NCBI RefSeq assembly: GCF_002571385.2
Contig: NW_019218013.1
Span: 215,422-279,421, forward strand
Length of the DNA stretch: 64,000 bases
Direction of reading: 5' to 3'
From: Stylophora pistillata
Taxonomy: Eukaryota
The first letter of the stretch is position 1; each line of letters starts with the position of its first letter. A program made the position numbers and the translations under genes. The notes below the pieces were generated by a model. The model searched no databases, was not told the origin of the DNA, and saw nothing but the letters and a program-made list of their open reading frames with translations. Below, one piece after another: positions 52,895-63,887 of the stretch.

Positions 52895-53953
52895 CGCAGG
52901 CAACGAAACTTACAAAGTCCAATTTGATTGAATGGGGGCAGGCCACGATGCACAAATAGTAATAAAAAAGATAAAACAAACCTGGTCATTGACACATGTG
53001 TATGAGCAAGTTATGAAAAGAAACTCTTCTTTCCAGCTGGTTTAAAGCAGTCTGCAAGATTTACCTGACAAGGTGGGCTGACAACTGTTAGTATTGACAA
53101 TGAAAGGTTTCATCTCTACTGTCATAATGAAGTCCCTAGATTACCAAAACTGACTTCTTTGTAGGTCCAATCAGTTTCATTAGCTTTTTTGGATCTTCGA
53201 CTTCTATAAATTAGCTATTGTTGCATTTACTTTTTTGGATAATCAGTTCTTGCTTGTCACTGAAACTTTTTGATAAATTTCGAAGGAAACATGCTCGTGC
53301 GATCCAAATATTTAAACTTTGAACTGAGACGTGTGTTTGTAAAACTGGACCATATCTTTGGAAAATATTGAAATGCAGGAAAGGAGCTTAACTTTCTTTC
53401 TAATTCTACGATGCCCTGCTTCCCATTAAGAAAAATACGGTGATCATGTTTCTCATCTTAACCAGCGTTGTAATGAAAACTTTGATTCTGAAGGAATAAA
53501 GAGCAAACATCTAACAGCCCAGAGGAAGACATGTGCTGCAAAAGTACACTAAAATCGCAGACATCTTTAACAACGACCACCTGTTGATTTGATGGGTACT
53601 GTTTCAGAATACTGGCTTTTCTCTAGTCCCTGGCTGACGTCCCTCAAAAGCAGAAAGTAAGAAAAGAGAAGACCAAACTTGAGATGTTTTCAAAAATTAT
53701 TTTTAAAAGTCGTTCCTTTGTCACGCTATGCCTTGCGTTACAAATTGCTTCAACGACGGAAGACTGGGTTAGAAAAACATGAACCAATCAAATTGCGCAA
53801 TCCTTTTTTACTTTCGGCCAATCACAACAAAAGTTCGCATTCATTACTTTTCAAATCCTTGCAACCGTTGTCGACTCTCAGTTGTAACCGATCTTCACTT
53901 CTTTTGCTGCTTCGCCTCGTTCCTTGCTTTCGCCATTAGTAATTTCGTGCAGA

Positions 53954-54884
53954 ATGTCTGTAAAAGATATTTATTACTCTCCAAGATACGCCGACGACGC
54001 AGGTGAATACGAATTTAGGTAAGACTTGAAAATCTGGCTTAGTTACTGGTAATGTTTACACAGTTGCTTTGCTGTGATTTCGAAATGCTAAGTTTCAGCT
54101 GCACCGTCAAATTTACAAATAGAGTCAGCTTCGTCCTAACAACATGCTCTTTTTTATATGTACCTTCAAGACATGTTATCTTACCAAAGGACATCGCCAA
54201 GAAAGTTCCTCAAAGGCTTATGTCAGAGCCAGAATGGCGAAATTTGGGGGTTCAACAATCGCAGGGATGGGTACATTACTTGAGACACGGACCAGGTAAA
54301 AAGCTTCAATAAAGTTTGTAACGGTTTTAGGAATATGGAAAAAAAAAAGGAATGCTTATCGCCTGTAACTTGTCTTTGATTATGTTTCAAATCCACTTGT
54401 TTTATGGACAGTCGTAACTAGTACATGCGTGGAATGAATTAGGAATCTCTCCGCCATCGTTATCACTTTAGTATGTTCTTGTTGAACTTTTTGTTTTTTG
54501 CAAGCACAAGCAGAATACAAAATTAGGCCTTAGGGTAATCAAAAAATAATATAAGGGAACAGTCAACAACATGTTTAAACTCCAAAAAATTCCACAATAT
54601 GTTAGTTACATACATAAGCTTTATTTATCCTCGGATTTCAATCTTGCTTACAAGCAAGTATCTCCGATCCTAAGTATTAATTTTAAAAGTTACAGCAAGA
54701 GCAAGGCTAAAAAGATAAAAAAAATAATTCATAATATAATAATCATTAATATAATAATATAATGTAACATTAACAGAAACCGTGCACTAGCAGTTGAAAG
54801 GAATACGTGAAAAATTCTAACCCATATTCTTTGCTTTTCTGCACAGAACCACATATACTCTTATTCAGGAAGAAAGTGAAGTAA
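53954..54884 (+). CDS. CKS family paralogue, copy B, 75 aa
   Basis: Exons 53954-54018, 54171-54295, 54847-54884. Protein [75 protein letters not shown]; same intron positions and phases as copy A. Confidence 0.93.
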
Positions 54885-55719
54885 GAAGCCTACCTCGGGA
54901 TATATATTGTACAGACACTTATGAAATTCATTCAAGTCAGATTTAAAATGTAATGATAACAGTTGGATTCACGTTATAATGGACTCTGTCTACACGAACA
55001 ACACGATCAAGCGCTTCAAAAATCGTAAAAGGACTACTTCAGATTTAATAATAATAATGTTGTCAATGGCTGCTTCTCCAGGGTGATTGTGGGCTTGTTG
55101 ATATCACTTTGTAAATATTTATATGCAATTTTTTTTACACTGTGAATGTCTTAGATAGCTAAATTTGTGCATAATTGTTTTCAATTTACCTTGATGTTGG
55201 TAAAATGCTCATTGCTTGACCTTGTTACAATGTTCTTGCTTCAAATTTTTCCTGTGGCTCACTCAGAAAAACATGCCATTTTTTAATTTTTACTCTAAAC
55301 AACATTTTAATGAGGTTTTGTTTTCAATATGATAACTCTAAACAAGATTTGCATAACATGTAACAACTAGTTTAGTACCTATTAAATAAGTTTCTGTGGT
55401 CAAAAATCCTCTGATCATTGATTTTATTAAAATTTAGAAACTAAAAATAGCAGGTAAGGTGTCAACACCTCACTGCTAGACATGGCTGGGCATTTTATTT
55501 TGTCTAGCTACCTGTGCACAGAGCATGAAAATACAACACCTTTCAACTAGGGGAAAAGTTGTCTCATTTATTGACAGTTAGTGAATTTTTATCTGAGTAA
55601 GGGGAGTGGAAGAAGTGTTCACCTCATTCTTTTTCATTCACTAAAAAAAAATTAAACAAGAGGGGAGAATGCAATACAAAGCACTGACTTCAAATAATTT
55701 TTATTGGATGTGTTGTTAA

Positions 55720-58700
55720 TTATGAGTTCTGATGACAGTACACCAATACTTCAGATCCAATGCGACCCCCTGGGAAATGGGTGTGGAAAAATCTTGCACA
55801 CTGCAACAACGGAAAAAAATGCATTTCATTCAAAATAATTTGAATATATCAACAAAGTTGAAATGGTAAATTGGCCACTATTACGATTATAAAAGCTGAC
55901 GTTTCGAGCGTTAGCCCTTCGTCGGAGTGAATCAATGAATCGCTCCGACAAAGGGCTAATGCTCGAAATGTCAGCTTTTATAATCGTAACAGTGGCATTT
56001 CATTCAGGATTGACTGCTTCAAATGAGTCTTTCACTTCAAGGGTGTACTTTTTGCAAAAAAAAAAAAAAAGGGCCACAAAGATTTAAAGATCATGCACAA
56101 CATATGACATTATGTTTCATCATAACAAGAAATGTCAACTTAACAAAAAGAAACAATACAGTTTTCAGAATGCTGATTAAGCAAGATAAACTTTATAAAT
56201 GTTGATTACTATTACATTTACTTAATTTTTTTTTCAGAAAGCTTTTTAACTATTTATTCTAATCAAGGACTCTTGTTGAGGGCTATGTGATGTGGAATAG
56301 GAAGGGATATCTATGAAATACTACATAGCTGGCAAATAAGTATGATGCAAGTATCAGAAATTTAAGATTACATATAGTTTGGTTGTCAAACGAGGTCACC
56401 TCTTTGTAATGAAAATGCTCCAACCACTTTGATATACTCTACAAAGAAAAAAAAAACTTAAAATTAGCAAAGACACAAAAACCTATAACAATAAAAAGGG
56501 GGAGGGTTCTAAAGAGCAGTAGTACTGAGGTTGGTGGTGACTTACTGTCCAGTAAAAAAGAAGAAAACCTAAATTGTTAGCAGACGATTGGGAATTTTTA
56601 CAAATCAAACCTTGAACCAGGGTTTGTGAAGGAAAAGATGATGAAACCATTTTTACTCTTCCCAAACCAGATGAATTCTTTTGCACTCAACAACAAATTT
56701 AAAGTGCACCTAAACCCAAAATTTTTTTTTCGCTTGACAAAATAAGCTTATTTTTTGGAGTATTTCTGTGCAAAAATTTTTTAATTTGCTCAAATNGATT
56801 TGAAATCACAAGTATGATTTCAGACCAAAATTGCACGACATGAGGTTCAATTACCACTTTATTACATCCATTTTGAAATTGCCCAAATACAGGACTTGGT
56901 CAATTCAAATATTTTATTGATGCAGTATGGAGCTGGTTTTTTAATAAAAAGTGGAACTGGAAATGCTTTTACATCTTATTTTGTATGCAAAACAAAAAGA
57001 CTGACGTCACGTGTCAAAAACTCAGTCAAGCATAAAATGATGCAATTTAGAGCAAAAATCGTAAGATTTGTGAATAAATCGTACCAATTAGAGCCAATCA
57101 GATAACAGGGACCACCAGTGATTTCAAAATGGATGTAATAAAGGGAGAAGTTACATGTTAATCACCTCTGGGAGTTAAACGGTTAAATTGTAGCACATGA
57201 TGATCATTGCTTTACTTGATACACAGTCACCTTCACAATGGTTCAGGATTGCAACAATACAACCCCAGCTATGTGAAAGGTTATTACTGAACTAACAAAT
57301 AAGGATTCATTTTGCCCTAGAAGAAAAATGAACTAACTTGTAAAAGCACATTGAACAGGACAAGGTGTGATGGAAGGTGGTGAGGTTCACCCTGGTGACC
57401 TGAGGGGATTCTGTGGTCCCTGAATTGTTCTGATAGCCATGATGTGGGATGTCTGTAAAACTGATCAGCTTCATCAATATATCCTGGCTCTGCACTTGGG
57501 GGACATTCTAAAAACCTCATGCTTATGTTTCTGTGCACAAAACTATCAAACAAAACCTGTTATTCAATGAGCTGTTAAGTTTATATTCCACTACAACCTA
57601 AGATAAAGTTAGTGAAGTAAACTTCTGCCTTAGGTAGGTTCAATCAACATCTTACAAGAGTTATGTTCCCTCTACATCCTGGAGCTCAGAAACTTTTACA
57701 CAAGCTTGAAGACTCACCTTCATGGGACCTTTCCAACTTCATCAAATTCCTTTGATAAGGTTGGTCATAAAAAACTTTTTAAAAAAATAATGTACCTAGT
57801 TTTGAATGGTGCTAACTTTTTTAAAAAGAATGCCACTAACTCATAACTACTGTCATACGTCAAATATAATTCTTGTGCAATGCTTTTGTTTAATGGAGAA
57901 GATTGTATTGATCACAAGCAGGTAAATGAGAAAAATTATGAAGTTTGGAACCAAATGGTCCCTATCTTGCTTGTAAGCCAACAAAATGTTTTGAACTCCC
58001 ATTTTTTGTCATGTCTATTGACCTAAAGCTTGGAATAAGGTAGTTAAGACACTAAAGATAAGGACAGAATCTACCACTACATGCACAAAAAAAAAAGAGT
58101 TGAAAACAGTTTCAAAGGAGCAACCATCAAAATCTGCAGAAAATACCTATAAAATGGCGTTGAATGGCATGGCATCAGAAATAATACAGACATGTCATTA
58201 GTGTTTCTCAGTTTGGAGCTTTCGCTTTGAATGTACTCCATCACATCAATTGTTCCCTTTTGGTGAACAGTGCTGGTGTATATGGCCAATGGAATACTTG
58301 TTAGTACTAAAAATAGTACCATCATCTTTGCTTTCCAGCCAGATTTCACCTTCCTTGAAAAACCATCTTCAAATGCATGATCCTTTTTCTCACATTGATA
58401 TCCAGAAAGGAAGCTTAGAAAGAACCCACAGTAGCACATGGCCAAAGGGACCACAGGAAAAATGAACCTAAATTCCTTGTGTCCCAAGAAACTGTAAGTA
58501 AAGTGCAAACCATAGTTTATGTTCTTATCTGGTATCAGATAATACAATTGATCCTGCTGACTAATCAGTCAAATGTGAGAGTTAAATCATGATGGTTTAC
58601 TTTTCACTCAGTACAGTTGATAGCAAACACTCCCAATATTTTGTCAAGTTTTCATGGGAAAGACTTACAAAAAGGAATGATTCAAAGCTCTCTTTCTATT

Positions 58701-59888
58701 TGTGACAAACCTGTAGACGATGATGCTCCACAAGATTAGCAAAGCCAAGGTTTGCTGCTTTTGGGAAGCTTTGTAAACACCACCAAAAAATGGAATCAAG
58801 TGTGTAAACATCACAGCAGGAAATCCTTGAGTAAAATACCTGAGAAATATGTAGCTATTAGCCAACACAGAAGCAGAATTTTGGAACAAAACTCACATAT
58901 TGTACCCTACAAAAAGAGCTCCCTTCCCTTCAAGGAAAGAACTGCTCCAAGCTAGAGAAGTGAGTCCAGTTGTTACCTACCAGTGCCATGGATGACTTCC
59001 ATAAAATGTTCCCATATCAGTAATGACATTAAATTTGACAAAGTTGAGTTCCACCAGTGTCCACTTGCCACAACACCAACTGTTGACAATGAGGGACCAT
59101 AAAATTGCCAGACATCCAATAGGAGAAATACAGCTAACGATAAATGATAATTTGTCGGGCAATGAAAATAAATAAAAAGCACACAGTGGAATCCACATGA
59201 CTGCAGCTGTTGGTCTGATGATACAAGAAATCGCCGCAACAGAGAGAGATTTGAAAGTTTGTTTAATGCCATCTTTTTGGCCACCGCAAGGCCAGTAATA
59301 AAGAGCCATTGTTGTTAGTACGGTTTCCAATGAATTTGTCAGCGTCCTAGTCACGCAGTAAAGTGTAAACCACGAGATCAAGTAGCAAATGAGTGTCCAT
59401 CTCGCAGTTTGTAGATCGAACCTCTTTGCTGCTAATTTGTACAAAAACAAGTCGCCGAACGATGCAAAACATGCCTGCATCACCCTGGGAAGAACAACAA
59501 GGAACTTAGCGGTATCAATGCCAAATAAGGCCAAGAGCTTGTAACTTGTTGCAAAGATCAGAGGAAAAGTCCAGCCTCTAAGGCCCTCTTTCCATTCCCA
59601 TGTCAAGTATCCATATCCAAATACAACTCTATGGGCAACTTCAGGCCCTTGCCAAAATTCATCAGGGACGAAAAATGTCTTGATTACCAAGGCATTAATG
59701 ATCCTGAACAAGAGTAATGCTGGAAACAGCCAATTGTCTGACCGGTAAATAACATTTGAAGATACCAAAGCGACTTCTCCCTGGTCGATGGAAGATGGCC
59801 TCTCTGATTCCTTACCCATTTGAGTCCGTTTTCTTCTTGTTAGCTCAGGTCCTCCGATTTCTTCGACCTCCATTTCCACCTTAGCCAT
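55720..59888 (-). CDS. PIGB: GPI mannosyltransferase 3, about 568 aa, 6 exons
   Basis: Exons 59888-58981, 58839-58711, 58491-58147, 57542-57338, 56438-56400, 55800-55720. Motifs TFFVPDEFWQ.PEVAH..VFGYGYLTWEW, TRTLTNSLET, IIRPT, FYGSHPWHWYFTQG, HKEFRF, LMPCHSTP, DEADQFY, FFHTH. Confidence 0.96.
55835..55998. mobile_element. Penelope-like pLTR inverted pair in the last PIGB intron
   Basis: Two opposed hammerhead-like halves, both with CCGA instead of CTGA, separated by a short spacer. Confidence 0.68.
56798..57145 (+). repeat. Interspersed composite MITE, copy 1 (PIGB intron 4)
   Basis: Closely similar to about 60660-60985; internal TIRs TTATTACATCCATTTTGAAAT / ATTTCAAAATGGATGTAATAA. Confidence 0.75.
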
Positions 59889-59996
59889 CAAATTCAACAA
59901 GGCATCTGTACAGTGGGGAGCCCAGTCTTAACTCTATCGCTAACGAGTAACGCCTGATGGTTTTTGACAGACCCTAGCTAAAGATCTCACCCTAAA
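59889..59996. promoter_or_regulatory. Very short bidirectional interval PIGB / PIGBOS1
   Basis: 108 bp between divergent ATGs. Confidence 0.65.
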
Positions 59997-60248
59997 ATGG
60001 TGCTTTCTTTCATAAGAAGCATCGGAAGAATGCCTTTACATCAGTTATTTTTAGTTACTTTGGTCGGAGTTACGAGCGGTGTATATATCTACAAACCTTT
60101 GCTCGAGAGATACGTGAGTGAACATGGTATAAAGAAAGAAGATAGCGCCACTACTGTGAAAGCTCAAGCTTCAGTCGAGACAAAGAGTACAACGCCGCCC
60201 CAAAAGCGAGATCTTCTCAGTGAGAATACTGCAAAAGAAAAAGCATAG
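59997..60248 (+). CDS. PIGBOS1: PIGBOS1-like microprotein (PIGB opposite strand 1), 83 aa, single TM
   Basis: The segment RMPLHQLFLVTLVGVTSGVYIYKPLLERY matches my recollection of the human PIGBOS1 core ([29 protein letters not shown]). It is divergent from PIGB, with 108 bp between the start codons. Confidence 0.85.
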   Translation: MVLSFIRSIGRMPLHQLFLVTLVGVTSGVYIYKPLLERYVSEHGIKKEDSATTVKAQASVETKSTTPPQKRDLLSENTAKEKA

Positions 60249-60575
60249 GAAGAAAAAACGTCTGAAAAGTAAATTTACCCTTCTTAAGTCGCTTGCTGAA
60301 AAGGATTGTGCAGTGCTATGTTTCCAAGAATTTAGCTGGTTTGAATCAAGGTGGGCTGCCGGAGACTTCTTTTCCGACAATGTCATCGTAAAGCTGAATT
60401 CTACGATCCTAAGCCCACTTCATATCTTCATTGTATCCTAAGCCCCATAAGGCGAAAATCCAGGTGGAATCAAGTTTAATTGCACAGTGATGGAAATATA
60501 AGAATGACTCTCTCCTAGAGATAGTTGAGTGCACTGGTCCTGCTGGAGAGGAATTGTATTTTTAAATGTACTTCA

Positions 60576-60985
60576 TAATGGTAATTGAACTGAGTGGAGT
60601 GCAATTTGGGCTGAAACCATACACGTGATTTCAAAATCAAATGAGTGCGCAGTGCGAGTTCAATTTGAAATCCTGATTTCAGACCAAAATTACAAGACAT
60701 GAGGTTCAATTACCACTTTATTACATCCATTTTGAAATTGCCCAAATACAGGACTTGGTCAATTCAAATATTTTAATGATGCAGTACTGAGCCAGTTTTT
60801 GAAGAAAAAGCAGAACCAGAAAGGCTTTTACATCTTATTTTGTATGCAAAGCAGAAAGACTTTGACGTCATGTGTCAAAAACTCAGTCAAGCGTAAAATG
60901 ATGCGATTTAGAGCAAAAATTGCACCAAATAGAGCCAATCAGATTGCAGGGACCACCAGGGATTTCAAAATGGATGTAATAAAGG
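60576..60985 (+). repeat. Interspersed composite MITE, copy 2 (downstream of PIGBOS1)
   Basis: Direct-orientation copy of 56798-57145, plus a left element with TGGTAATTGAAC / GTTCAATTACCA ends. Confidence 0.75.
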
Positions 60986-61120
60986 GGGAAATATATGGGG
61001 TGAACTCTCGATGAAATAAAGTGATGTGATTTATATTCTGCTGTAAATGACAAGTGGCAAAATGGGTCATAACTTCATTAACTCAATTTTCAATTTGATT
61101 GCTTTCATTTTAAGGGAGGT

Positions 61121-61325
61121 TAGCCTGCAGAGCAGGCATTCTAGTAAAGTTTGGGTGAAAATTAGACTGCGTGAAAATGGAGCGAGGCGAAAAATTAGGA
61201 GGTGGGAGGAGGGCTAAATTCTTCTCTCCTCTCCCCCTCCTGCCACCTCATTTTTTGCCTCGCTCCATTTTTCACGTGGTCTAATTTTCTCCCAAACTTT
61301 ACTAGAACGCCTGCTCTTCAGGCTA
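61121..61325. mobile_element. Foldback element with 9-bp TSD (Mutator-like MITE)
   Basis: TAGCCTG...CAGGCTA, almost fully self-complementary; flanked by AAGGGAGGT at 61112-61120 and 61326-61334. Confidence 0.78.
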
Positions 61326-63579
61326 AAGGGAGGTTGGTTATTTGGACCTCTTATTTAGAGAAACCTTTTCTTGGGTGGCAAACAGAAACAGGAAAAATGG
61401 TATATGAAGCTGATTTCAGCTCTTTTTAATGGGCATGGAAACTGAGTTCTCATACAGTTAGTGCGAGTTGTCAAACTTAAACCTTAATTGATGATCAAAT
61501 TTTTAAAAGGCATTGTTGAAACTGATTTTGAGCTCTTTTAGATTTTTGCTAGTGTCTGAGTGTGCAGGACCACCTGAATTACAAGTCAGAATTACAAATG
61601 TGTTTCAGTCCCTGGGTGTGAACTGTCCATGTACAGAATTTAGAAAATATATATTTCCAATCTTTTGAGCATGAAATCTACAGCAAATTTCTACCAATAC
61701 CTGTGATCCATTTCCAGCTAAAAAGTGAAGACCAGTTAAGGTTATGTAGAAGGAAAAGAACTGCAATGGCCATCTTGATAAACTTGATTTAAATATAAAC
61801 AAGAAAAATTACCAGAAAGTGAATACATTGCTGGTTAAACTAGACCTACCTCAAAACAAATTTACAGATCAAATGTTCTTTGGACTCCTTTTCCTTCTAA
61901 ATGTCAGGAGAAGCCACCAATGCATGCATTAGTGCTTTGAGACTCTAAAGTATGGTCAAACAAATTTTCTGAGGTCTCAGGGATTTTAATTTTTTGTGTT
62001 CATTTTTTACATGGCTTTAATTCATGACTACTAGCTATCTCTCTCTGTATACTCATTACCAACATTAATTATCAAAAGTAAACTGTAACTTTGATTTCCT
62101 TGTATAATTTTTATTGGAAAAATGAAATAATGAAGGTAATAATGTAAATGGAAATCAAAGTGTGAAATTTTTCAATACTGGATTAGTAGTGGTCCTATGT
62201 TGTTTCCATCATGTTTTAATAGGGCTTATTTTTATTCTCACACATTCTGGTTCTTGGAGCCGATGAATGTTCCTAGTAGATGGACTGTTTTAAGCTTCAG
62301 CTAATACAAGCTGCAATATCCAAGGCTAATATAGGACATTGGAACCACTAGAAACTTCAGACTGAAACTTTTTTTTCTGTTGAAATTAACTTTATTCTGA
62401 TAATTATGGTAAGCTCCTTGGTAGAAAAAATGTTTGAGATAGGAATTTAAAAATAAAACGTACATTTAAGACTTAATTGCAAAACTTGCCTTTTGAGGTC
62501 AACTTGAATCATACTCTATACCAATGTGAAAATAAACACCTATTTTTCCAGAAAAATTTCCTCTAATCCAAAAAAATCCAGAGAAGGAAATTTAGACTAG
62601 GGGTGCACTGAATAATCCAGCAATATTCATCTTGAATGGAGCTGTGTGGTCAGTCAGTTGTGAGTTATGGCGAATGGCATCAATGCAGATTTTTGAATAG
62701 CTGTAATATGCCTCTTATTTCCTAGTTTTAAGATTTGAAATATATGTGTTATGTTAAGCTTGATGTGTGGTCTTTTCCTGGCTTTGGAGAACTTTCCTAA
62801 CACTGACATTTGTGGGTAGATGTTCTCTCTTGTAAGGTATACTAAGGGATCACACGTGAAAATGGTTGGTTCTTTACCATGACCTTGGTTGAGCTGTGTA
62901 GAGAAATAATGCTTTGCTCTTGTAGAAAAGTATCTGATAAATGCTCATAGTGTCCCAATCACCCTAATCACCTGACCAATATCTTGCATTGTTTGCATAA
63001 AAAAAAAAACTGGAGCATACTGACTTCTATTTGGACTTCATGTCCAGAGTACTCTCAGCGTGCTCCAGAAGAATCAGGGTTCTTCAAAATTTTACACACG
63101 ACCCGATGAAAATTAGCTGTCTTTATAAACGGCTCTTAACTTTATTTCGTTTACTTTTTTTGTCAATGTTTCGACTTTTTCACAATTTTTTTTGGAGTCA
63201 TAGGCTCCAATATCTCAGCCTTTTTATTAATCATATCGAAATATAATATGTTCACGAGAATATATTCTAAACGCTAGCGCACACAGACGGAAGTTTTCAG
63301 CTTCAAAATATGAGCTGGGACGCCTTCAGTCTTTTGGCAGAATTCGACAGAAATGCGTATTTGCAAAAATGGCAACTTTCCAGCGGTTTTGCCCCGGGAA
63401 TACGCAAAATTTGATGCCTTTCCCACAAGCCGCACCGCTGAGTTTGTGTACATTTTTTAATGTAAAAGTGCTGATGGTTGCGTTATTTGAAAAATTGTTC
63501 AATTTAAACCCACCAGATGAAGCGATTTGAAGTATACGTGGCAGTTCTATCAATGTGCACGTTGGAGTTATTCCCATCA

Positions 63580-63730
63580 GCAAGAATTGCATCACTATTA
63601 CCGCGTAACCACAAATTCTGTTTACATCCAGCTTTTTTTTTTATTGGTTAGCTTCGCAGGGGGCGTGAAACATAAGCAAAAATATGCATGTGAAGATACT
63701 GTTATTGGCTAGTTACTATCACATGACCAC
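63580..63730 (+). promoter_or_regulatory. Putative promoter of the CCPG1-like gene
   Basis: ATTGCATCA (63586), TGTTTAC (63619), ATTGG (63643, 63704), GGGGGCGTG (63659), TCACATGAC (63719). Confidence 0.45.
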
Positions 63731-63887
63731 TATCCCGGATTGACAACATGAAACGCTCAGTTGAGCAAAAACCAAAACACTCAACAAGAAAAATATCTCA
63801 GAATTGTTACCCAGCAAGTAGCGGCGAATAGACAAATCTCTTGTTTGGGTCGGTTTTTCATAATGTGAATGATTTTCTTCGGGAGCC

